DNA from: Candidatus Saccharimonadota bacterium
GTDB taxonomy: Bacteria; Patescibacteriota; Gracilibacteria; BD1-5; UBA2023
Assembly: GCA_963706795.1 (NCBI GenBank)
Contig: OY970170.1
Span: 960,001 to 992,000, forward strand
Length of the DNA: 32,000 bases
Direction of reading: 5' to 3'
Part shown: piece after piece, positions 1 through 9,039 of the stretch
How the letters are laid out: each line of letters begins with the position of its first letter
How positions within the stretch are numbered: the first letter of the stretch is position 1
The notes under the pieces: generated by a model
The model's input: the letters and a program-made list of their open reading frames with translations, nothing else
Told to the model about the DNA's origin: nothing
Database searches by the model: none
Translations under genes and position numbers: made by a program

Positions 1-893
1 AGCTGGATAATAACAGACAGGATTTCAAGAATATATACCCCAGAAATAATAAGTAGCACAATGAGCGTATTTGTCATCATTGCGATGATTGCGAGATTAG
101 CTCAGAGCGCCAGGGCTCACACATCTCACATATAAAACTTAGCAGGCTTGATATTAAACCAGAGGAATGCAATGAGTCCGCCGACAATGATCATACAGAG
201 TGCAGCAAGGATCATGAGCCCACGATTGTAGCAAATGAATGCGTAGACCGCGTAATTAAATAAGAGAAGTCCACCTGCAAGTCCATCGAGTCCATCGGTG
301 ATATTTACCGCATTTGCCATCGACACGATGATGAGCATGAAAATAGGAATATACCAAAAACCAACATCGAGATCTCCCAAAAATGGAAGTCGTACATTGG
401 TATATCCGAGCTTTACATAAAACCAATACGCTCCGAGTCCTGCAAAAATGAGCAGAAGTATCATCTTTACGCGAGCAGAAAGTCCTTTGGTACGACCGAT
501 ACCGAGGATATTCATATAGTCATCTACGAGTCCGATACCGCCTACTGCTAGGATTGTAAAGAGTGAGAGATAGGTCTCATTACGATTCCAGAGGGAATAC
601 CGAATAGATACGCCGAGGTATTCTTTGATCTCTGGTGCAAAATAGAGAAATACGACCGAGAGAATAACGAGCAAAAACACCGAAAAAAATACGATGGCCA
701 TACCCATAGTGGGAGTTCACTCTTTGACTTTGTGGAGTTTGGCAAATTCGGTGGCCTTTCCCATGAGAGCGTCTTGGCGAATAGTCTTGCCGAGCTTATA
801 TTTCCAAAGGAGTCGGAGATATGGCGGGATCAAGAAAAATGTCAGCAAGAATGCGACAATTACGTATGACGTCAGGAATATCAGATTTCACAT
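1..893 (-). CDS. mraY: Phospho-N-acetylmuramoyl-pentapeptide transferase MraY (3' end runs off the window; 5 in-frame TGA read as Gly)
   Basis: ORF-track piece 126..707 extends both ways through in-frame TGA (102-104, 117-119, 126-128, 717-719, 888-890). The joined product reads MGNLIFL..LIPPYLRLLWKYKLGKTIRQD, KE-G-TPTMG, NAVNITDGLDGLAGG and FYM-G-DV-G-ALAL-G-ANL. The last matches the MraY FMGDVGSLALGG box (recalled). ATG at 893..891. Confidence 0.9.
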
Positions 894-940
894 AGTTTGT
901 TTTGCAGGAGTATATGTTAAAGCTCTCAAAAGCAATGAAA

Positions 941-964
941 AGCCACCGCGAAGGGTGGCTTTTT
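941..964. terminator. GC-rich hairpin AGCCACC-GCGAAG-GGTGGCT with flanking A/T runs, between the small ORF and the mraY start
   Basis: Perfect 7-bp inverted repeat at 941-947/954-960. It is followed by TTTTG on the plus strand and TTTCATT on the minus strand. Confidence 0.5.
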
Positions 965-984
965 GTGAGGTGACGATTGGGGTG

Positions 985-1299
985 TCACGTATTGAGTACC
1001 GGCGTTTTCGCTCGTCCTTTTCGGCTTGTTCCCAGGGGTGGTGTATCCTGGATATTGAACCGCTTCAGAAATGCTTTAGATTGAGCATCCTGTGCATTAA
1101 CGGTTTGTTGGCGCAAGCTCATATCATATGACTTGTTATGCCATAATGGCGGTTGTGCCGCTATCTTTTCAGGTTGCATGCCCACCGGTGTTTTTACCTG
1201 AGTAGTACCGTGTCCTCTTCCAAGTTCGACACGGGTTACTCGTACGCCCGCCAGATCTTTCATGGTTACCTTGCCTGCAGTGTTGGACTGATTGCTCAT
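985..1299 (-). CDS. Small hypothetical protein (104 aa to the TGA; the frame stays open to TAA at 796-798 if TGA is always Gly)
   Basis: ATG at 1299..1297 is preceded by AAGGAGTTATC (strong SD). No recognisable domain. The only 'stop' before the hairpin is TGA at 985-987. Confidence 0.55.
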   Translation of the reverse strand: MSNQSNTAGKVTMKDLAGVRVTRVELGRGHGTTQVKTPVGMQPEKIAAQPPLWHNKSYDMSLRQQTVNAQDAQSKAFLKRFNIQDTPPLGTSRKGRAKTPVLNT

Positions 1300-1369
1300 G
1301 ATAACTCCTTCAATTTGTTTTTGCGTGTACGTTCTATGAACGCCCCTTTGTCACCGAAGTGATGCATGG

Positions 1370-1396
1370 AGTATATATTTCAAAACAAACTGTCAA
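1370..1396 (-). promoter_or_regulatory. Candidate sigma70-type promoter for the small ORF (TTGACA, 15-nt spacer, TATACT on the minus strand)
   Basis: Minus-strand TTGACA at 1396..1391 and TATACT at 1375..1370. The spacer is short. The leader contains UCAC-UUCG-GUGA (1351-1362) and CGUUC-UAU-GAACG (1330-1342) hairpins. Confidence 0.35.
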
Positions 1397-1487
1397 GAGA
1401 GATTTTTTAAGTTTTTTGAAACTTTTTTTGTCCGACCGTATCTTAACTATTGTATCTCGCTTTCTTAAGTGAGGGTTATTTTTTTCT

Positions 1488-1515
1488 TTGACATACTTTT
1501 CATACATTATATACT
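1488..1515 (+). promoter_or_regulatory. Candidate promoter TTGACA-N16-TATACT for the abrB-like/MFP/RND operon
   Basis: TTGACA at 1488-1493 and TATACT at 1510-1515, about 30 nt upstream of the ATG at 1545. Confidence 0.5.
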
Positions 1516-1544
1516 TTTCAGGTCGAATAATATATTTTGTATCT

Positions 1545-1826
1545 ATGATTGAATTAGAAGACGATTGTCCCGATGACGCACATACTGGCATCAAAATGCA
1601 TGGAAGTGTGGTCGTTGGATCCAAAGGGCAAATAGTAATTCCGAGTGAAGTGAGGAAATCCCTCAATATCAATTCGGGAGATTCTATGTGTGTCATTACT
1701 AAGCATGGCAAAGCTGTCGCACTCATCAAGATGGATGATCTTGAAGACTTCATGGCATTCATGCATGACGAAATGAATACGCTCAAAAAAATGGCAATCG
1801 AACAAGCAAAAAACCTTAAAGTATAA
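1545..1826 (+). CDS. AbrB/SpoVT/MazE-type DNA-binding protein
   Basis: GSVVVGSKGQIVIPSEVRKSLNINSGDSMCV is the swapped-hairpin AbrB-type motif. The ATG at 1545 was chosen downstream of the predicted promoter. TAA stop. Confidence 0.8.
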   Translation: MIELEDDCPDDAHTGIKMHGSVVVGSKGQIVIPSEVRKSLNINSGDSMCVITKHGKAVALIKMDDLEDFMAFMHDEMNTLKKMAIEQAKNLKV

Positions 1827-1855
1827 TTATTTCTATCTCAGAGTACTTTTCTTTT

Positions 1856-3775
1856 ATGAAAAAAATTTTAGCAAGCGCACTCCTCCTCCCGTTCGTTCTT
1901 ACTTCGTGCGGAACTCCTGTAGAGACTGCAAAAACAGAAGACGCAAAAATGCCGTTTTATATCGAGACACAATTAGCAAAGGAATTTCCAAAAAACTACA
2001 CGATCGAAAAAACTGGTCGTCTAGTGGGAAGTTCTACGATTTCACTCGCTTCACAGGGGATTGGGCGTGTTCAGGCGATTAATGTACATGAAGGTTCAGT
2101 CATCAAAAAAGGACAACTTCTCGTTTCGCTCAGTGATACAGTGGCGAACTATGATCTCAAGGCTTCTCAGGCTGCAAACGGTCTCGCAAGCACGCGAAAT
2201 GCCGCCGACAGCACACGTCTCGCTCTCGATAAAACGGTAGCGGATGCACTTATTGCTCTCAATAAAGCAAAGGCAGACTACGAAACCGCCAAGCAAGATG
2301 GTGCAAAGCGTCTCGAAAAAGCACAGCGTGATGCAACGAAGAGCGATATTAATTCATCTACTTCTGACGCAACAACAACTATTGCTCAGCTCGAAGCAAA
2401 CCTTTCAAAGGCACAATTGGATTACGAAAATCTCAAAAAATCCAATGTTCAAACACTTCTCAATTACAACACGAGTTATCAGCTCTCGGTGAGTGATCTC
2501 AAAAAATTCCTCACTCGAATGACGTACGAGGGTGATAAACTTTTTGGTGTAACTGCACAGTATCCAACGGACAATGCACTTGCTCGTAAATATCTCTGAA
2601 GTGGAAATAGCTCTGTTCGTCCAGAGCTCGAATTTGCATTTTACAAGATCCAAAAAATCGCCACTGACTTCGAAAACCGCAGTGAGGTTGCGATTACTGA
2701 ATCAAACCTCATTATTGAGCTTGATGCACTCTCAGAATACTACAAGAGCTCAAAAGAATACCTTGCTGTTGCAACAAAATATATCCAGAGTTCAGTAACT
2801 TCATCTGAGTTTCCACAGACAACCGTCGATGGATATATCGCAACCTATAATGGCTACAAAACCGAAGTTCAGGGTCTCGAAGCTTCGTATGTAAATTTCC
2901 GTAATGGCGCTTCTAGTTTCCTTGCTACATACCGCAATAATGAGAACTCTGCAGCTGCTGGACTCGAAGTTCAAAAAAAGCAGATCGAAGTACAGCGCAA
3001 TGGACTCAATACTGGTGAATTTGAAGCAAACCTCGGACTCGATCGCACAAAGATTGATATCGATCGCTCACTCACTCAGGCAAAGACCACTGTCGAGAGT
3101 GCTCAAGCAAACTACGATAATTCTGTAAAAAACCGTGTAATCTCTCTTCAAAAACTTGAAGTGAGTCAAACAGATGCAAGTCTCGCCGTTCGTCAGGCTC
3201 AAGAAGAACTCAGCAAGCTTGCTATTCTTGCGCCAATTGATGGAACCGTTACTAAGGTTATTGCTTCTGTAGGTCAGGATGTGAGCGCCGGTACACTTAT
3301 GCTCGAGATCGCCAATAAAAATCCAGAGATCGTATTTGACGTAGACTTTGATACGGTTGGTCAGCTCAAGATTGGTACAGCTTCGCCCGTAACATACGAA
3401 GAAAAGACCTACACTGGTACAGTCGTTGGAGTATCTCAGGTAGCGAGTGACTCTCTTCAATACAGTGTTCGTGTTTCTCTCTCACAGAGCCCTGCACTCA
3501 TCGGTGGAATTGCAAAAATTTCACTCAAACTTCCGTCAGCAATGCCGATTCTTCCTACAAAGATTGTAAAGGTACTCACAGAACAAACAGGAGAAATCCA
3601 GACGCTTTCTGGAAGTGTATTTGTGCCAATCACTGTAAAACTTGGACGTATTAATGGACCAACAATCGAGATTCTCACGCCAATCGATCCATCTGTCGAG
3701 ATTGTAACAACCGACGTGACCAATTTTGATGCTCGTAAATACGAACCAAAGAAAAAAGACACTGAAGCAAAATAA
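1856..3775 (+). CDS. Efflux-pump membrane-fusion (HlyD/periplasmic adaptor family) lipoprotein, 639 aa, one in-frame TGA (2597-2599)
   Basis: Signal peptide with lipobox LLLPFVLTSC. The two lipoyl half-motifs GRVQAINVHEGSVIKKGQLLVSL and LAILAPIDGTVTKVIASVGQDVSAGTLMLEI are separated by about 360 aa of heptad-like sequence. ORF-track pieces 1856..2599 and 3161..3775 are in one frame with no TAA/TAG between them. Confidence 0.85.
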
Positions 3776-3828
3776 GCCTCCTCCCAGAACAGTTACAGAG
3801 ATATACCTGCTAGTCTAATTATCCAAAT

Positions 3829-6800
3829 ATGAAGAACATGCTCGAAGGAGTTCCTGAGAAGATTGTAAAAATTCGAGAACATCTCGAGTCCGGATTTCTC
3901 GGATTCTGGGTTCGAAAGTATCGAATCTCGTATCTCATTGCGATGGCGATTGTCATCATGGGATTCGTAGCACTCTCAGGTATTCCAAAAGAATCATCGC
4001 CAAATATCAAGTTCGGTATCGTCATGGTAACCACTGTCTATCCTGGAACCAATCCAGTTGACATGGACTCACTCGTGACCACCAAGCTCTACAAAGAAGT
4101 AAAGGATATTAAGGGTATTAAAAAGGGTACGACGAGCTCAAGTCTCGGAGTTTCGAGTATTACACTCGAGCTTCAGCCTGGGGTTGATACTTCTGCATTT
4201 ATTTCGGAAGTTCGAAATAATATCGGACGTGTCAATCTCCCTACTGATGCCAAAAGCCCAAGTGTTATCGAAGTAAAATCCGACACGAATCGCGTATATA
4301 CGGCAACGATCTATTCGCCCGACGAATCTGTCCCACTCGAAAAACTTCGCATCCTCGGACAAGAATTAAAAGACAAACTCGCACTCACTCCCAATGTCGA
4401 AAAAATCGACTACGGAAATACAAATATCTATGATGTCTGGATCGTATTTGATGAGCAGATGGTCCGCTCTATGGGTCTCACGCTTGATGGGATCGCGAGT
4501 GTTGTTCGCTCGTACCACAAGGATGCTCCAATCGGAAACTTTGCCATCGGAGAACGCAGTTATGACTTCCGTATCGAAGGAAAATATGACCGTGGTTCAC
4601 AGTTCCTCGAAATCCCTATTCCGCTTGCGAATGGTCAAAATGTTCGCCTAGGTGACATTGCTCACATCGAGCGATCATATAAGGACAAGACTATTGACCG
4701 CATTGGACTCTCTGGTGAAAAGGCCGTGCCATACGTTAATGTCGTCATCAATAAAAATGACGGAGCAAATATTTTTGCGGTCAGCAAAGGGACGAAGGAT
4801 CTCATCGAAAAAGAGCTTGCAACTCCTGCTTACAAGGGTGTAAAGGTTGCATACTCCAATGACCTTGCAGACAATATCAATGACGACTATGCCGAGCTCG
4901 CAAAAGAAGCGATCACGACTACGGTTCTCGTATTTATTTGTATGTGGCTCTTTGTAGGTTTTAAAGACTCGCTCTTTGCTACATTGACCCTCCCGCTCGC
5001 GTTTTTCTCGACATTTATTCTCCTCAAAGCAGGTGGGTTCTCGCTTAACTTTTTGACGAATTTCTCATTCATCCTGTCGTTTGGTATCGCGGTTGATACG
5101 ATTATCGTAATCGTTCAGGCTGCCTCAGCGAAGATGCGTGTTGGACACGATCCGCGCTCTGCGATCATGATTGCACTCAAGGAATACAGCGTTCCAATTA
5201 CTGCTGGAGTTATGACGACGATCGTCGCGTTTATTCCGATGATGGTTCTTCCGGGTATTTTGGGTAAGTTCCTCGCATATATTCCAATTACGATTTTTGG
5301 AGTACTCGCATCTGGTCTCGTACTCGCCATGACGATCAATAGTGCACTCTATCTCGCATTCGTAAAGCGTGGGAAGACATTTGTGCACGATGATACAATC
5401 CTCGAATACGCCGATGATGATGAGCGAGAACTCCTTGAATATGAACGACAAGGCAAGACAGAGATCAACGAAACTTCACGCCCGCTTCGTTTGAGAGTGA
5501 TTCACTATCTTACTGACAAGTACAAGACACTCCTCCGAATGTTTTTGGAGAATAGTTTCCTCAGACGTACTGCAGTATTTGTGCCAGTGATTCTCTTGGT
5601 GCTTTCATTTTTCCCAATTATTGGTGGAAAATCTCTCGCAGGACATGTGGGATTCAATCTCTTCCCAGGAAGTGATAATGCCTTTGTAGCTTATACATTT
5701 AAGGGGGCAATCGGAGAACGTGCCGTGTCTACTGACCGAATTGTTCCAAAGATCATCGATATCGTCAGTAAGTACCCGGAAGTAAAATTCTATACGATTA
5801 CAACCAACGATGTTAAAAACAGTACAGATGCCGGTATCACTGTAAATGTAAATCTCAAAAAGAAGGACGAACGAGAAAAACTCGGCCTGATGGACGTATT
5901 TAAGTTCGATACAACAATCCTCAAGGACTTTGATCCTATCCGAAATGAGGGCTTCGAAGTAGCGTCAAAAGTTGCGGAAGGAGGTCCGCCTGCAGCCTCT
6001 GCAGTAGCGATCAAGCTCGTAGCGGATGATGCCTCAAAACTTGATCTCCTCGTCCAGGCAGCCAAGGATTTCGAAAAAGAAATCCGCACTTACCAGGGAG
6101 TAAAGAATGTTGGAAATTCCTCAGGTGAAACTCCAGGACAGTTTGTATTTAGTCTCAAAAAAGACACGATCACAACGCTTGGTCTCACGCCGGCACAGGT
6201 CATCGGAGAGATCGTTACCACCATGAATGGTATGACGGTCGGAACCGTACCAGATGGAGGTGAAGACCTTGATGTCACACTCAAATATTCAAATTTCCGT
6301 GATAGTGTCAATCCTGATGAGGTGCTTAGTCACACATTCCGTGTGGGTCAAAAAACTTACCGCATCGGAGACCTCGTTGACACAAAATTCAAGAATGCGA
6401 TCGCTTCTATCAAACGTGAAGCCGGACTTATCACTATCTCAGTTTCGAGTGACGTAGAAGACGGAGTGAATGCAACTGAGATCCAATCTAAGTTTGAGTC
6501 GTTTGCCAAAGCCTACAAATTTGAATCCGGAATCTCCTATGTGACTGGTGGAGAAAATGCCGAAAACATGGACCTTATCGTTGCGGTTCTCATAGCATTC
6601 TTCATCGCGGTCGTTGCGATCTTTGGTATCCTGACACTGCAATTTAATAGCTTTGCGCAGCCGTTCATCGTGCTTTATTCGGTCGTTATGTCATTGCCAT
6701 TCGTAATGGTTGGACTCCTTCTGACGAACAATCAGTTCTCATTGCCATTTGGTATCGGATTTATCTCATTTACGGGTATTGCCGTGAACCACGGTATTAT

Positions 6801-7158
6801 CCTGATCGACGCCATCAATATCAATCTCCGAAAGGGAATGAAGAGCTTCAAGGCTCTTATCGAAGCTGGCTCTAGTCGTCTTGAACCAATGATACTCACG
6901 ACACTCACAACCGCTCTTGGTATCTTACCAATCGCGCTTCGTGATAGATTTTGGTCAGGTCTTGGATTTACGATTATCTTCGGACTCATTGCTTGTACAT
7001 TCCTCACACTCTTTATTGTAAAGGGATTGTTCTACGAAGTATTTATGGTAGAGCATCATATGGGGCGGATGGTCCTCTCAGCGATCAAATGGCCGTTCAA
7101 ATTTGTATGGAATATCATCAAAAAAATCTTCTCTCGTAAAAAAACTCGAGTGAAGTAA
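3829..7158 (+). CDS. RND-family efflux transporter permease (AcrB/ACR_tran-like), 1109 aa
   Basis: Length, 12-TM-like hydrophobic blocks and two large loop regions fit the family. The position directly after the adaptor gene also fits. No in-frame TGA. Confidence 0.9.
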   Translation: MKNMLEGVPEKIVKIREHLESGFLGFWVRKYRISYLIAMAIVIMGFVALSGIPKESSPNIKFGIVMVTTVYPGTNPVDMDSLVTTKLYKEVKDIKGIKKGTTSSSLGVSSITLELQPGVDTSAFISEVRNNIGRVNLPTDAKSPSVIEVKSDTNRVYTATIYSPDESVPLEKLRILGQELKDKLALTPNVEKIDYGNTNIYDVWIVFDEQMVRSMGLTLDGIASVVRSYHKDAPIGNFAIGERSYDFRIEGKYDRGSQFLEIPIPLANGQNVRLGDIAHIERSYKDKTIDRIGLSGEKAVPYVNVVINKNDGANIFAVSKGTKDLIEKELATPAYKGVKVAYSNDLADNINDDYAELAKEAITTTVLVFICMWLFVGFKDSLFATLTLPLAFFSTFILLKAGGFSLNFLTNFSFILSFGIAVDTIIVIVQAASAKMRVGHDPRSAIMIALKEYSVPITAGVMTTIVAFIPMMVLPGILGKFLAYIPITIFGVLASGLVLAMTINSALYLAFVKRGKTFVHDDTILEYADDDERELLEYERQGKTEINETSRPLRLRVIHYLTDKYKTLLRMFLENSFLRRTAVFVPVILLVLSFFPIIGGKSLAGHVGFNLFPGSDNAFVAYTFKGAIGERAVSTDRIVPKIIDIVSKYPEVKFYTITTNDVKNSTDAGITVNVNLKKKDEREKLGLMDVFKFDTTILKDFDPIRNEGFEVASKVAEGGPPAASAVAIKLVADDASKLDLLVQAAKDFEKEIRTYQGVKNVGNSSGETPGQFVFSLKKDTITTLGLTPAQVIGEIVTTMNGMTVGTVPDGGEDLDVTLKYSNFRDSVNPDEVLSHTFRVGQKTYRIGDLVDTKFKNAIASIKREAGLITISVSSDVEDGVNATEIQSKFESFAKAYKFESGISYVTGGENAENMDLIVAVLIAFFIAVVAIFGILTLQFNSFAQPFIVLYSVVMSLPFVMVGLLLTNNQFSLPFGIGFISFTGIAVNHGIILIDAININLRKGMKSFKALIEAGSSRLEPMILTTLTTALGILPIALRDRFWSGLGFTIIFGLIACTFLTLFIVKGLFYEVFMVEHHMGRMVLSAIKWPFKFVWNIIKKIFSRKKTRVK

Positions 7159-7164
7159 TTAGCA

Positions 7165-7201
7165 ATATCCACGGTAATTCAATTACCGTGGATATTTTTT
7201 T
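7165..7201 (+). terminator. Rho-independent terminator after the RND gene
   Basis: ATATCCACGGTAATT / AATTACCGTGGATAT inverted repeat followed by TTTTTTT. Confidence 0.8.
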
Positions 7202-7217
7202 CTCATATACTCTCATC

Positions 7218-7925
7218 GTGAAAAATATTTTTTCGAATTCGCGTATCCGAATAAGTCTCATGGTTATCTGTGTGCTCTTTGGTGCGTATGCGATTTTTGG
7301 CCTTGGACTGAGTCTGTATATGGATATCAGTACTGACAAATATCGCTATGGCGATGTTTCAGGTATTCCAAAAAATTCGGTCTGACTCTTGCTTGGAACT
7401 TCCAAATATCTGGATTCTGGACAGAAGAATAGTTTTTTTGTCTCGCGTATCTGGGCAGTAAAGGAACTCTATGACGCTAAAAAAATCGACTGCGTTCTCA
7501 TTAGTGGAGACAATCGAAGTGCTTCTTATAACGAGCCCATCGATATGCAGGAGTCTCTTCTTGAGCTCGGGATTCCTTCTGAGCGCATGTATTTAGATTA
7601 TGCAGGTATTCGTACGCTTGATTCTGTGATTCGTGCTAAGGAAATCTTTGGCTTGGATAGCTATACGATCATCTCGCAGCCATTTCATAATGCCCGTGCA
7701 CTCTTTTTGGCTCGTGAGCATGGGGAGCATCCTATTGCCTATAATGCTTCTTCAATTAGTTTTTCAGAAGCTCCATTTGTGTATGTGCGTGAGCTCGTGT
7801 CTCGCACCCTCGCACTCTATGATGCCTCTTTTGATACGAATCCGCAATTTGGTGGTAAAAAGATCGAGATCGAATTTGATGCAACCATCCGCCCAGTTCC
7901 CGAAAAAATCTGTACGGCAAGATAG
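7218..7925 (+). CDS. sanA: SanA/DUF218-family envelope protein (start uncertain: GTG 7188, GTG 7218 or ATG 7260), one in-frame TGA (7383-7385)
   Basis: After an N-terminal TM segment the product reads PKNSV-G-LLLGTSKY..ISGDNRSASYNEPIDM..LDYAGIRTLDSVIRAKEIF..IISQPFHNARALF. This tracks E. coli SanA (VGVVLGTAKY..LSGDN..YNEP..LDYAGFRTLDS..ITQRFHCERALF, recalled). Confidence 0.8.
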
Positions 7926-7993
7926 TTTTTACTCTCTTCTTGACTCGACTTTCGGCAAGAGGAAGATATAATTGCCCGTCACTCATTTTTGAT

Positions 7994-8269
7994 ATGCGAA
8001 CCTATACGATAGACGGAAAAAATTTTGATGGAGTCGAGACTTTTTATGATGAGATTGCTCGTGTATGCGCTTTTCCAGATTATTTTGGGCGCAATCTCGA
8101 TGCACTCTACGAATGCTTGATCGATATCGATGACGAGATGTTGATCGTCTGGAAAAATAACAAAAAATCAAAGCAAGAACTCTCCGCAGATACTTCGCAG
8201 GCAGGATTTTATGGATCTCTTCTTCGAACATTTGATGATGTACCAGGGCTTACTCTTTCATTTGAATAA
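7994..8269 (+). CDS. Barstar-like ribonuclease-inhibitor family protein
   Basis: MRTYTIDGKNF..ETFYDEIARVCAFPDYFGRNLDALYECL matches the barstar family core (FP.YFG.NLDAL.DCL). ATG at 7994. Confidence 0.75.
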   Translation: MRTYTIDGKNFDGVETFYDEIARVCAFPDYFGRNLDALYECLIDIDDEMLIVWKNNKKSKQELSADTSQAGFYGSLLRTFDDVPGLTLSFE

Positions 8270-8271
8270 TC

Positions 8272-8934
8272 ATGACCAATCCAGATTCATATATCAAGGG
8301 CAAGCTCGCTGTAGCTAAGGCAGGTCTCAAGAAGTCACTTCCTGCGTCGAATGAGCTACCAGCAGGGCAGCGACTTGTTTCTAAAATGGTAGCAATGGCA
8401 CCCATTGTCCGCGATCTCACTGAGACTCCGCGAGATAAGTGGCAGCTCAAAATCTACGGCTCTGTCGCAAATCCAGTGACGCTCGACTGGCAGTCACTTC
8501 ACGCACTTGGTATTGAGGACAAAACCTTTGATATCCACTGTGTGACTTCTTGGTCGAAACTTGGACAAAAATTTAAGGGTGTGGATTTTTATGAGATTCT
8601 CAATCTGGTTCATCCGACCGAGGATGCACGGTATGTGATTTTTGAGTCGGACAATGACGGATATACGACTAATGTCTCATTGGATGAGCTGCTTGCGTAC
8701 GATGCCCTCGTTGCAACGGAGATCGATGATGAGCCGATCTCGCTCGCCTATGGTGGCCCAGTCCGCATGGTTATACCACATCTCTATTATTGGAAGAGTT
8801 GCAAATATCTCACGGGTATTCGTTTTGCGGCTGAGGATGAACGAGGGTTTTGGGAGGTGCGCGGATATCATAACCATGCTGATCCCTGGAAGGAAGAACG
8901 ATATTCTTCGCAAGAGCCAGGATATATAGACTAA
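8272..8934 (+). CDS. Small sulfite-oxidase-like molybdopterin-binding oxidoreductase (YuiH/MsrP-type catalytic domain)
   Basis: The segment W.L.I.G.V..P..L....L; the FDIHCVTSWSKLGQKFKGV segment with the Mo-ligand Cys; GGPVRMVIPHLYYWKSCKYLTGIRF; GFWEVRGYH. Confidence 0.8.
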   Translation: MTNPDSYIKGKLAVAKAGLKKSLPASNELPAGQRLVSKMVAMAPIVRDLTETPRDKWQLKIYGSVANPVTLDWQSLHALGIEDKTFDIHCVTSWSKLGQKFKGVDFYEILNLVHPTEDARYVIFESDNDGYTTNVSLDELLAYDALVATEIDDEPISLAYGGPVRMVIPHLYYWKSCKYLTGIRFAAEDERGFWEVRGYHNHADPWKEERYSSQEPGYID

Positions 8935-8953
8935 GCCCAGGAGGGCTTTTTTA
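8933..8953 (+). terminator. Rho-independent terminator
   Basis: AAGCCC-AGGA-GGGCTT followed by TTTTTAT. Confidence 0.65.
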
Positions 8954-9039
8954 TTGTCTGGATCATGCGTATTTGAAATCCTGTGAAAACCCTTATATTG
9001 AGAATAATTCGGCGTCTCAATCAGATTTTTTCTTCGCCC

